Made by a program: the position numbers and the translations under genes. 27,689 bases of DNA from a virus (taxonomy: Duplodnaviria; Caudoviricetes), in the IMG/VR virus record IMGVR_UViG_3300025018_000466, positions 1 to 27,689 of that record; one strand, given 5' to 3'. Below the pieces are notes generated by a model. That model made no database searches. It was given only the letters and a program-made list of their open reading frames with translations, and had not been told where the DNA came from. The first letter of the stretch is position 1. Each line of letters begins with the position of its first letter. This document shows, piece after piece, positions 1 to 7,296 of the stretch.

Positions 1-38
1 TGGGCGGATCGCCTGGGGGTCGAGAAGGAGTGGCACTC

Positions 39-236
39 GTGACGTTTTCGTTCGCCCAGCTCCAAGCAGAGCAAGCCCCCTGGGTCGAGCACAACTTCGG
101 CGACCGCCCCTCGTGGATGCCCCTCTTAGGGATCGCGCGCACCGGCAAGAAAGATCCTGCGAAGCTCGTCGAGGATCTCAAGAAGGTGCGATGGTGCCTC
201 GACCGCGCCATTTCGGCCGCAGAGCGAGCGCGATGA
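39..236 (+). pseudogene. Small chimeric ORF: MazG-like pyrophosphatase N-terminus joined to a DUF3310-like C-terminus (probable deletion remnant)
   Basis: AGGAG 8 nt before GTG at 39. LQAEQAPWVEHNFGDRPSWMPLLGI resembles the start of phage MazG-like proteins but lacks the EExxE motif that normally follows. ARTGKKDPAKLVEDLKKVRWCLDRAI resembles the DUF3310 C-terminal motif. Confidence 0.5.
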
Positions 237-718
237 TGACCGACTTCCCCGATCCACCGCCACCCCTTGCCGAGCCCAAGGGGGGCATCACGGAGTGTGT
301 GAACAAGACCCTCCCTGGACTCCTCGACGTCGTCGAGCGCGCGCTGCCCCTCGGCAGGTTCTCCTTGGTCTTTGGAGAAGCCGGGCTACACGTCAACGTA
401 CCCCAATGTCCTCTCTGGTTCGACGGCGAGCGCGTCCATTGCGATCTACACCCACACAGCCCCTACGTGAACGTCGTAGTCGCGCAGATCCAGGCGTACG
501 CGATGGCTCTCGGGCTCGGGCGCGTGGGGCACTTGCCGACGACGGCCGACGAGGTGGGGGTCTTCGAGAATGCCCTCTACCTCGTGTACTTCGAGGCCAA
601 GAAGCACCACACCTTCGTCGCCGAAACCTTCCGGCGAGTTGCGATGGACGACTTGCGGGGGTGGCTGCGGCAGGAGATGGAAAGCGTTCGTCGTGCCAGT
701 TCGACGACCACCAACTAG
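233..718 (+). CDS. Hypothetical protein (161 aa)
   Basis: ATG at 233 overlaps the upstream TGA (ATGA); globular-looking composition; no motif recognised. Confidence 0.6.
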   Translation: MMTDFPDPPPPLAEPKGGITECVNKTLPGLLDVVERALPLGRFSLVFGEAGLHVNVPQCPLWFDGERVHCDLHPHSPYVNVVVAQIQAYAMALGLGRVGHLPTTADEVGVFENALYLVYFEAKKHHTFVAETFRRVAMDDLRGWLRQEMESVRRASSTTTN

Positions 719-944
719 GCACTCCCTGATCGGCGTCGTACCCGAGCCCGAAGACGCCTACAGCGGCATCGGGAAGGTCTGGGATGAGGAACTACAAGCC
801 CCCGTCCCTCCGCCACTACAGCTTCCACCGATCAGCGTCACAGAGGCCGCCGAAGAAGAAGACCCCGGAGTGCGCATCCTCATGCGCAAGCTTGGTGCGG
901 CCGTGCTTCGCAAGCTTGCGCGCAAGCTCGACCCGCCGCGTTGA
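693..944 (+). CDS. Hypothetical protein (~83 aa, acidic/Pro-rich middle, basic helical C-terminus); start uncertain
   Basis: 3' part of ORF 570..944; GTG at 693 is the most plausible start and fills the gap between neighbouring genes. Confidence 0.4.
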   Translation: MPVRRPPTRHSLIGVVPEPEDAYSGIGKVWDEELQAPVPPPLQLPPISVTEAAEEEDPGVRILMRKLGAAVLRKLARKLDPPR

Positions 945-995
945 TCTTCTATTGCTCAACTGCTACTGCTCCTACATCTCAACCCGGAGGATCCC

Positions 996-1238
996 ATGCG
1001 AGCAGCACAGTTCGACACCCTCAAGTTCTTCGCGGCGAAGGGCGACAAAGGCGCCCTGATCAGCGACGTGGCCAAGAAGTTCGTCTTGAAGACGTCCAGT
1101 GCGCGCTCGCGCGTCTTGCGCTGCCATGCGCAGGGCTGGCTCGGGGAGAAGGCCGAGCGTGGCCCGACGGGCCCCATGCGCCGCTTCTTCCTGACGGCCG
1201 ATGGAACACAGGAGTTGAAGTCCGCGATGAAGCGATAG
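996..1238 (+). CDS. Winged helix-turn-helix DNA-binding protein (PadR/MarR-like fold)
   Basis: GGAGG RBS 5 nt before ATG; helix pattern ISDVAKKFVLKTSSARSRVLRCHAQGWL followed by wing RRFFLTADG. Confidence 0.7.
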   Translation: MRAAQFDTLKFFAAKGDKGALISDVAKKFVLKTSSARSRVLRCHAQGWLGEKAERGPTGPMRRFFLTADGTQELKSAMKR

Positions 1239-1260
1239 GTCTGTCAGACCCCCGCCCTCG

Positions 1261-1561
1261 AACCGTCCAGCGCTCGTCGAGACCACCGACGGTGATGCGA
1301 TCGCCTTCGGCGTGCGTCCCGGTCGCGCGGGACCCTCCCGGCTCGCGCCCGCGCGCATGCCCGAGCCCACGATGGTGGTCACGGTCGTGTGTGGCCCGCA
1401 CGACGGACGTGCGTTCGTACTCTTCACGGCGTACGCGGGCCGTGTGGCCCCTCAAGAGCCCTGGGACCCGTCCCTCGACGACGCCGGCCGAACCCTTTGA
1501 GGCGTTCTGGGCGGTACACGCGTTCGCCCAGAAGCCCCTGGAGCCCCGTCAGGAGATGTAG
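1261..1561 (+). pseudogene. Frameshifted, 5'-truncated phage hypothetical gene
   Basis: Frame 1 reads RPGRAGPSRL...VVCGPHDG..VLFTAYAGRVAPQEPWDPSLDDAGRTL to TGA at 1500. The apparent continuation EAFWAVHAFA lies in another frame. No RBS-backed start upstream. Confidence 0.5.
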
Positions 1562-3858
1562 TTCAGGTTCGTTGGCCCGGTACCACCGAAGTAGCCCCAA
1601 AGCACGGCCGCCGTCGCAGAGATAGTGCAGCCGTCGAGTCGGTTGCCTGACGCAACTCCTCCCGTCACCCCATCGGCCATGATGCCCGTCACGGAGCCTG
1701 CGGTGAAGGTGAGGATATTTCCGGTGATTGTCACGTTGGTCGCGTACGCGATGTTGAACCCGTACTCCAACGCCACCGTCGAGCGGACGATGTTGTTGCT
1801 CAATGTGACGCGCGTAACGGTGGATGCAGAGTCGAGCTGGAGGCAGTACCCCCCGTTACCCTTGAACATGCACTCGGCGATCTTCAACTCGACGATCGCC
1901 GCCACCCCGGTGTAGCCGATGCAACGCCCATTCGCGATACCTGAGTTGAAGCCCTCGAAAGTGCAGCCCAGAATAGACGTGTCTTCGTTCAGCGTCGTCG
2001 CTTCAAAGAGAATCGCTAGGTCAGTAGCGGTCCGCCCCGCCACTCCGTTGCCGTGGAAGAACGAGTCGCGGATAGCAGCTTGATTCGTGTCCAGTAAATG
2101 GACGCCCCCACCAAGCGCATTGACGAGATCGAAGTTGCACGCCTCGATAGTAAGCATCGAGCACGTGGCGGCCTTGATTGCATGCTTCGAGGTAAATGTG
2201 CCAGTCGATGAATGAACGAAATCGCAACCGACGATTCGACAACGAGTCGGCTGCATGGAGTTAGCGGCTGCTAGCTCTACTCCCGTTACTGATGCGATCC
2301 AAGTGACGAGCGAGTTCTCGACAGAGCAACCGGCGTTGTTGTTGAAGTTGACTACAGCGCTTTGCCCATAGCCTGTCGCGTGCAGCCCTTTGAACTGACA
2401 ATCACGGATGTGTACTGGAGTGCTCTTCTCTCCGATCAGCCGATCATTAGCGACTAGCCAATAGGCAAACGACGACTCCACAAGGACAGGAAGGTTGTAG
2501 TAGTCATTCGCGCCATACGCACCGCCCGTGAGAATTTCAATGCCGCCAAGGATCTCACACGCTCGAATCGTGGAGCCCGGCCCACACAGAATAGCGGGCT
2601 CTGCGGTTGCGGAGATGTCGCCGAGCACGGTGCTGTTGGAGAGGTGAACCGTCTTAGCTTGGAACATCACGGCGTTGTTCGTCGGAGCTGCAGCCATGAC
2701 CAAGTTGCGGATCTCTAGCACCGCTTCTGTGTCCCCTACAGTGCTCATCAAGATCGCCGCCGTGCCGATCGGATGAGAAGCGGTGATTGCGTTCCCTTGG
2801 AAATCGATTAGTAGGCGATCACAAGATGCATTGATCGTGTGCGCAGTCGTGACGGGCCATACATAGGGTGCTGGCGTGCCCGTCTTACGAGACTTGCAGA
2901 CGATCTCGATCGAGTTGGGTGTGTTCGCGCCCATGTCCTCGATGTGCTGAAGGCACAACTCCAAACCTGTAGACCCGTTGAAGTCGCCGAACGTGCTCGC
3001 ACCATCGCCGACTGTGAACACCACCGTGTCTACGGTGCGCAAGCTGCGGGTCTGCTCTTCCGGGAGAGCATCAAGTGCATCCGTCGGCCCGTAGACGCGG
3101 CTGTACCAGTCGAAAGTGAACGATTCGCTCTGCCCTTTGATGTCCGCGATCTGGCGAGCTAGAGCGCGTAGTACGGGGTAGATCGCGTTGACGCCCACGG
3201 CCGCGCGAATCGCCGAGCGGCTGAACTCGTTGCCGAGCGCTGCTTGCGTTGCTGCATCGTAGGGGGCCGAGCCCTCGAATGCGAAGGTGCGTACGTCGGT
3301 GATGTTGCCGGCAGTGATCGTGGAGCCTCCCCACACCACGTCAGCCAGGTCGATCCACTCGTCGGACGCTGCGCCGCTAAGCCGCAACTCGAAACCTGGT
3401 AAATGGCGGGTGGGGACGTTCGTGATGGACTCCGAGTCGAGGACGCTGTCCCAGAAAGCTCGATTGTCCGCGGCTCCATCTACGTAGGTGAAGCGCATTT
3501 GCACACGGTACGTGGCGGGCGGCTGCCCCGTGAAGTCAAGAGTTTGCTCCGCGTTCCCTTCGAGGTTCGCGTCGTCGTCCATGTCGCCGACCAAGGCGCC
3601 GTGCGAGATAGTAGCTCCGAGATTCTCCGCCCCGAGCGCAGCGGACAGGACCCCGCCCCCGTTGTCGAGCTTGACGACGATTCGCGAGCTAGCCGGTGAC
3701 TCGGCCTCGGCGGCGAACCCGCGCAAAATCCGGTTCTGCTCGGCGCCGAGGACCACGGCGCGCAACGTTCGACGGAACTCGCCGAGGGGGAGGAAGCTTA
3801 GAGCCTCTTGGTCGGGGAGATCAACACGCTCTTGGGATGTCCAATGAACAATGCGCAT
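1549..3858 (-). CDS. Tail fibre/tailspike with C-terminal right-handed parallel beta-helix (putative receptor-binding or depolymerase domain)
   Basis: 769 aa at the end of the baseplate module; C-terminal half has PbH1-like repeats (CSVENSLV, CRIVGCDF, LTIEACNF, AAIRDSFF, VTLSNNIV, VTITGNIL). Confidence 0.8.
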   Translation of the reverse strand: MRIVHWTSQERVDLPDQEALSFLPLGEFRRTLRAVVLGAEQNRILRGFAAEAESPASSRIVVKLDNGGGVLSAALGAENLGATISHGALVGDMDDDANLEGNAEQTLDFTGQPPATYRVQMRFTYVDGAADNRAFWDSVLDSESITNVPTRHLPGFELRLSGAASDEWIDLADVVWGGSTITAGNITDVRTFAFEGSAPYDAATQAALGNEFSRSAIRAAVGVNAIYPVLRALARQIADIKGQSESFTFDWYSRVYGPTDALDALPEEQTRSLRTVDTVVFTVGDGASTFGDFNGSTGLELCLQHIEDMGANTPNSIEIVCKSRKTGTPAPYVWPVTTAHTINASCDRLLIDFQGNAITASHPIGTAAILMSTVGDTEAVLEIRNLVMAAAPTNNAVMFQAKTVHLSNSTVLGDISATAEPAILCGPGSTIRACEILGGIEILTGGAYGANDYYNLPVLVESSFAYWLVANDRLIGEKSTPVHIRDCQFKGLHATGYGQSAVVNFNNNAGCSVENSLVTWIASVTGVELAAANSMQPTRCRIVGCDFVHSSTGTFTSKHAIKAATCSMLTIEACNFDLVNALGGGVHLLDTNQAAIRDSFFHGNGVAGRTATDLAILFEATTLNEDTSILGCTFEGFNSGIANGRCIGYTGVAAIVELKIAECMFKGNGGYCLQLDSASTVTRVTLSNNIVRSTVALEYGFNIAYATNVTITGNILTFTAGSVTGIMADGVTGGVASGNRLDGCTISATAAVLWGYFGGTGPTNLNYIS

Positions 3859-3870
3859 TGCGGCAGCCTT

Positions 3871-4914
3871 TCACACCCTCGTGGAGACGTCTATGCGCGT
3901 CCCGACGGGGCGAATCTGATCCAGCACGCAGCGCACAGCACGCAGCGGGTCGTATAGATAGGGGGGGTAGTCGTTCACATTCCGCACGGTCTCGTCGACG
4001 GCGAGATGATGGTACGCGATCGTGTCATCGGCCCCATAGCCCGTGTAGTCGATGACCATGGACGTGCCGATCGCGCCGGGACTCGACCCGAGCGTGATCG
4101 TGTTGGCGCCCGGCGTGAACGAGCCACCTCCCGCAAAGAAGTTGGTCCCCGTGCGAGCCCCCCGACGCGCCGAGAGGGTGTCCATGTAGACGCCGTTGAC
4201 CGTGCGTAGCTGGACCGGGGCCCCGTTGTAGAACACGTCGACCTCGTCAAGCTGCGTTGTCAGCTCTACATGCCCCCCCGTGAGGAAGAACCGCCCGCGC
4301 ACGCCTTCCGGGTCGCCGGTAACGAGCGTGACTTCGACCGCCACGAATAGCGTATAAGGGTCCGTGATCAACATCTCCAAGATGTCGTAGCCCCCAGGGA
4401 CGAGCGCTTCGAGAACTCGCTCGAACGCATCGATCGTGTTCTTCGGCAGGTAGGCCAAGACCTTGATCAAGCGACGCCACGTCTCTTGATCGACCCCCGG
4501 GCACTTGTAGAGCCCGAGGTTACGTCCGATGACATCGAGGTCTGCGCCTTGCGCGGTGTCGACGAAGAGCCCACGTCGCACGTGGTCGACTGCGGAGCTG
4601 TTCCGCGCCAGATCTAAGATGATGCCCCCCGTGGGGTGCCCGATCGCGACTGTGCCATCAACCCCCCGTGTAAGGCCCGTGAACGTGAAGGGGGCAACGG
4701 CCGTACGCCCCGTGGCCGTGATGATCTCCCCGTTGATCAAGAGCCGTGCGACGGCCGCGCCGTCGACGTCCTCACCAAAACGCAGCGTACTGTCCACGCT
4801 CATGGTGCCCGTCTCCGAGACCGTCAGCGGCGCGGTGAGCCGAGCTGCAGCCCGCCCGCCCGCTTGGTCGATCTCCCCGAACACAGCGTCGAGGATGGCG
4901 GAGAGAAGCCCCAT
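3871..4914 (-). CDS. Baseplate wedge protein (gpI/gp7-like)
   Basis: Motif DTAQGADLDVIGRNLGL..PGVDQETWRRLIK and C-terminal LDQIRPVGT are typical of wedge proteins that partner baseplate J. Confidence 0.7.
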   Translation of the reverse strand: MGLLSAILDAVFGEIDQAGGRAAARLTAPLTVSETGTMSVDSTLRFGEDVDGAAVARLLINGEIITATGRTAVAPFTFTGLTRGVDGTVAIGHPTGGIILDLARNSSAVDHVRRGLFVDTAQGADLDVIGRNLGLYKCPGVDQETWRRLIKVLAYLPKNTIDAFERVLEALVPGGYDILEMLITDPYTLFVAVEVTLVTGDPEGVRGRFFLTGGHVELTTQLDEVDVFYNGAPVQLRTVNGVYMDTLSARRGARTGTNFFAGGGSFTPGANTITLGSSPGAIGTSMVIDYTGYGADDTIAYHHLAVDETVRNVNDYPPYLYDPLRAVRCVLDQIRPVGTRIDVSTRV

Positions 4915-5334
4915 CTAACCGCTCAGCACACGGGCGCCGACCGCCCACGCGGGCGCCCAGCGGTTGCGGTTCGTGAGAACACGGAACTGGTCGGCGTGGA
5001 GTCGCGCTTCGATCGCGCTGAACAGGTCGACGGTGCCGCTGTCGGTGGCCACGCGTAGATCATACACGCCGTCGGGCAGCGTCGGCATTCCCACGAAAGC
5101 CGCTGTCGAGCGCACGTCGTGGCGAGGATCAAAGATGTAGCCGTTGCCGATGTGTGTGTCCATCTGTCGCACCGTGACGACCATGGTGTCGGTGAACCCT
5201 GAGCCCACGATACGGATCACCGTCCCTCCACGGCGCTCGACAATGTATGGGGACGCGTCGAGGAGCCCCGGTGTGCCAGGAGGGGTACTGCCCCCCCAGG
5301 GTCCGAGGCCCCAGGGTCCGAGGCCCCAGGTCAC
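4915..5334 (-). CDS. IPT/TIG-like Ig-fold virion protein (139 aa)
   Basis: GTG at 5334 overlaps the upstream TGA; SPYIVERRGGTVIRIVGSGF...PTLPDGVYDLRV matches the IPT/TIG pattern; N-terminal WGLGPWGLGPWG. Confidence 0.65.
   Translation of the reverse strand: MTWGLGPWGLGPWGGSTPPGTPGLLDASPYIVERRGGTVIRIVGSGFTDTMVVTVRQMDTHIGNGYIFDPRHDVRSTAAFVGMPTLPDGVYDLRVATDSGTVDLFSAIEARLHADQFRVLTNRNRWAPAWAVGARVLSG
5294..5330. repeat. 15-bp tandem repeat (CCCCAGGGTCCGAGG x2.5) encoding WGLGP repeats
   Basis: Perfect copies at 5294-5308 and 5309-5323, partial copy at 5324-5330. Confidence 0.9.
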
Positions 5335-5516
5335 CCGCGGTCGATCCTCTCGGCGACGTCCGCGACCTCGCGCGCGATTGCGCCCGCGTCGAGCAGCGAG
5401 CGCGCCTCGGCGAGCAGCCGATCGATCTCGGCGCGGCCCGCCGCGTCCGCGCGCGCTCGCTCCGCCGCGAGCGCGGACGCGGCCAGCACGAGCACCTTTC
5501 CGAGCGCTTCGATCAC
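5331..5516 (-). CDS. Small Ala-rich helical hypothetical protein (61 aa)
   Basis: Overlapping start/stop junctions with both neighbours; GGAAGG upstream; short hydrophobic N-terminus. Confidence 0.6.
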   Translation of the reverse strand: MIEALGKVLVLAASALAAERARADAAGRAEIDRLLAEARSLLDAGAIAREVADVAERIDRG

Positions 5517-5746
5517 AAGTGCCTTCCTTCCTCGATCCCCCGCGCCGCCTCATCGAGAGCGGCTGCGCGCGTGGAGAGTCGGAGCGCGGTGGACTCGGCC
5601 CCACACCAGTGGGGGATTCGCAGCCGCTCCTCCCTCGCCAGCCGTCGCAGGTACGCCACGACGGCCGCCCGGTCGTGCTCGCGTGGCGTCGCCTGCGGCC
5701 GCTCGACGAGGTCGAGGTGGCAGGGGCTCGGCGTGAGCTGCGTCAT
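5513..5746 (-). CDS. Hypothetical protein (77 aa)
   Basis: ATG at 5746 overlaps the TGA of the lipoprotein gene; GGGGGAG RBS upstream. Confidence 0.55.
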   Translation of the reverse strand: MTQLTPSPCHLDLVERPQATPREHDRAAVVAYLRRLAREERLRIPHWCGAESTALRLSTRAAALDEAARGIEEGRHL

Positions 5747-6213
5747 CCGGCTCCCCCCAGCAGCCCCGTGAGCCACGCGGGCACCTCGGGCACCTCGGCG
5801 CCGAGCGAGCGAGCGAGCGCCGCCACGCGGGCCAGGAGCGCGAGCACTCGGGCCCCGAGCGGGAGCAGCTCCGCTAGGCCGACGTCGCCGACCTCGGCGA
5901 TGCGGGCCAGGTCGAGCGCGTCGACCCACGCGCGGATCGCCACGGCGACGGCATCGAGCGCCTCGAGCGCGGGGCGCCAGCGCGCGGACTCGGCGAGCAC
6001 GGCCTCGTCGTGATCTGGATCTACGGGGTGCGCGGCCTCGACGCGGTCGAGCGACTCCGCGCGCGCTGTCTCGACGATGGTCACGGCCGCGCGGTGAACG
6101 TGCGCCGTGGCGAGCGCGGCACGAGCGTGCACCGAGATCGCAGAGGCTCCGCAGCCCGCCGCAGAGCCGACGACGATCACGGAGAGGAGGAGTGCGCGGT
6201 GGCTGCGGAGCAT
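5743..6213 (-). CDS. Predicted lipoprotein (156 aa), alpha-helical; possible spanin-like or exclusion protein
   Basis: Basic N-terminus, hydrophobic stretch and lipobox (MLRSHRALLLSVIVVGSAAG-C21); amphipathic C-terminal helix. Confidence 0.7.
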   Translation of the reverse strand: MLRSHRALLLSVIVVGSAAGCGASAISVHARAALATAHVHRAAVTIVETARAESLDRVEAAHPVDPDHDEAVLAESARWRPALEALDAVAVAIRAWVDALDLARIAEVGDVGLAELLPLGARVLALLARVAALARSLGAEVPEVPAWLTGLLGGAG

Positions 6214-6219
6214 GGAGGC

Positions 6220-6230
6220 ATGCTAGCACA
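6220..6230 (-). promoter_or_regulatory. Extended -10 promoter (TGTG-C-TAGCAT), predicted leaderless transcript for the lipoprotein
   Basis: Minus strand reads TGTGCTAGCAT, then 6 nt, then the ATG at 6213; no Shine-Dalgarno sequence present. Confidence 0.55.
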
Positions 6231-6241
6231 CACCGGGCGTG

Positions 6242-6354
6242 CACCGCGACCGATAGCGTCGACCGCGGCGACGGCACGGATCGGAGCCGCCCGCCGAGAG
6301 CACCGCGATCGAGGGGGGGCAACGGTCGCTGGGCCTCAGCGGGCGGCTCCGATC
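6242..6354 (-). other. Tandem intergenic RNA hairpins (terminator/processing-site candidate)
   Basis: Perfect 16-bp inverted repeat 6279-6294/6339-6354, extending to 20 bp with one G-U on the minus strand; second ~12-bp hairpin at 6242-6270 whose mismatches become G-U pairs only on the minus strand. Confidence 0.7.
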
Positions 6355-6631
6355 AGCGATCCAGCGGCCGCCCGACCGTGATGCGCGGCACGAGCGAGAG
6401 CACGAGCGCGCTCGCCGACGCGGCCCACTCGAGCGCCTCGACGAGCCGATGCGCTGGCCCGTCGTCCCAGCGGGCCGGAGTCGACTGCGCCCAGTGTTCG
6501 ACGGCGCGCGCGACCGGGAGCAGCGCATGCACGAGCGCCGTCGCCGCGATGAGCGCGGCGAGCGCGTACGGCGCCCACGCGTGCAGCGCCGCGAGCCACT
6601 CTGCAGGCAGCGGGAGATCAGTCTCGGTCAC
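6353..6631 (-). CDS. Holin-like small membrane protein (92 aa)
   Basis: GTG at 6631 overlaps the upstream TGA with GGGAGG RBS; two hydrophobic segments separated by STPARWDD (TPxxxDD-type motif of small phage membrane proteins). Confidence 0.55.
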   Translation of the reverse strand: MTETDLPLPAEWLAALHAWAPYALAALIAATALVHALLPVARAVEHWAQSTPARWDDGPAHRLVEALEWAASASALVLSLVPRITVGRPLDR

Positions 6632-6888
6632 GGACCGACCCTCCCGAGGATGCGCCGCCGGATCGGCTGCTCGTCGGGGAGAGTCGAGTCGGCGCCCAGC
6701 GTGTCGGCGTACCATGAGTCGGGGCGCTCGGTCCAATGGGCGCCACCCCTCTCCGGCTCGCCGACGATGACCGCCTCCATCTCGCTCGTGATCGTGCGGA
6801 CACGCACCCGCTGGCCCATCTCGTACCGAGTCTGAGACTCGGTCGCTGCCGGGTGCGTGCAGTCGTGCCCATTGTTGCTGTAGCTCAT
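6628..6888 (-). CDS. Hypothetical protein (86 aa)
   Basis: ATG at 6888 overlaps the upstream TGA; GGGGAG RBS; YEMGQRVRV is SH3/KOW-like. Confidence 0.55.
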   Translation of the reverse strand: MSYSNNGHDCTHPAATESQTRYEMGQRVRVRTITSEMEAVIVGEPERGGAHWTERPDSWYADTLGADSTLPDEQPIRRRILGRVGP

Positions 6889-7274
6889 CGCTCCCCTTCT
6901 CTGCGGATCGCCCGCAGGATCTCGCCTTGGTTCGTCTCGATCTCGTCGCTGATCCCGTCGATGCGTTCCTTGATCACGGCTACCGCGACCGTGTTGCCGC
7001 GCACCTCCGCGCTGCGCTCGACGTAGACCTCCCACAATTGCGTACCGCCCCACACGCAGACCGACGCGAGCGCCGCGAGCAGCGGAGATCCAAACCACCG
7101 GATCGCCCACGCGCGCCGGTCGTGCGCCGTCAAGCGCACCTCGTGGTCTCGGCTCTGAGCGAGCAGCCCGCCCGGGTCGTCCTCGTCGCCGCGCACCGCG
7201 CGGTCGAGCGAGTCGATCGTAACCGCCAGCTCGCGGATGTCGCTGCGCAGGAGCCCGATCTCCTCCTCGCTCAT
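6885..7274 (-). CDS. Single-TM coiled-coil membrane protein (129 aa; XhlA/holin-like topology)
   Basis: GAGG 8 nt before ATG at 7274; heptad-like segments flank the TM segment WFGSPLLAALASVCVWGG. Confidence 0.6.
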   Translation of the reverse strand: MSEEEIGLLRSDIRELAVTIDSLDRAVRGDEDDPGGLLAQSRDHEVRLTAHDRRAWAIRWFGSPLLAALASVCVWGGTQLWEVYVERSAEVRGNTVAVAVIKERIDGISDEIETNQGEILRAIRREGER

Positions 7275-7296
7275 CTCACCATCCTCGCGTCGTCGA

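Noticed and set aside
941-980. Sigma70 promoter upstream of the wHTH gene (TTGATC-N17-TACTGC)
   Set aside because: The gap is AT-richer and a promoter is plausible, but the -10 match is too weak to call.
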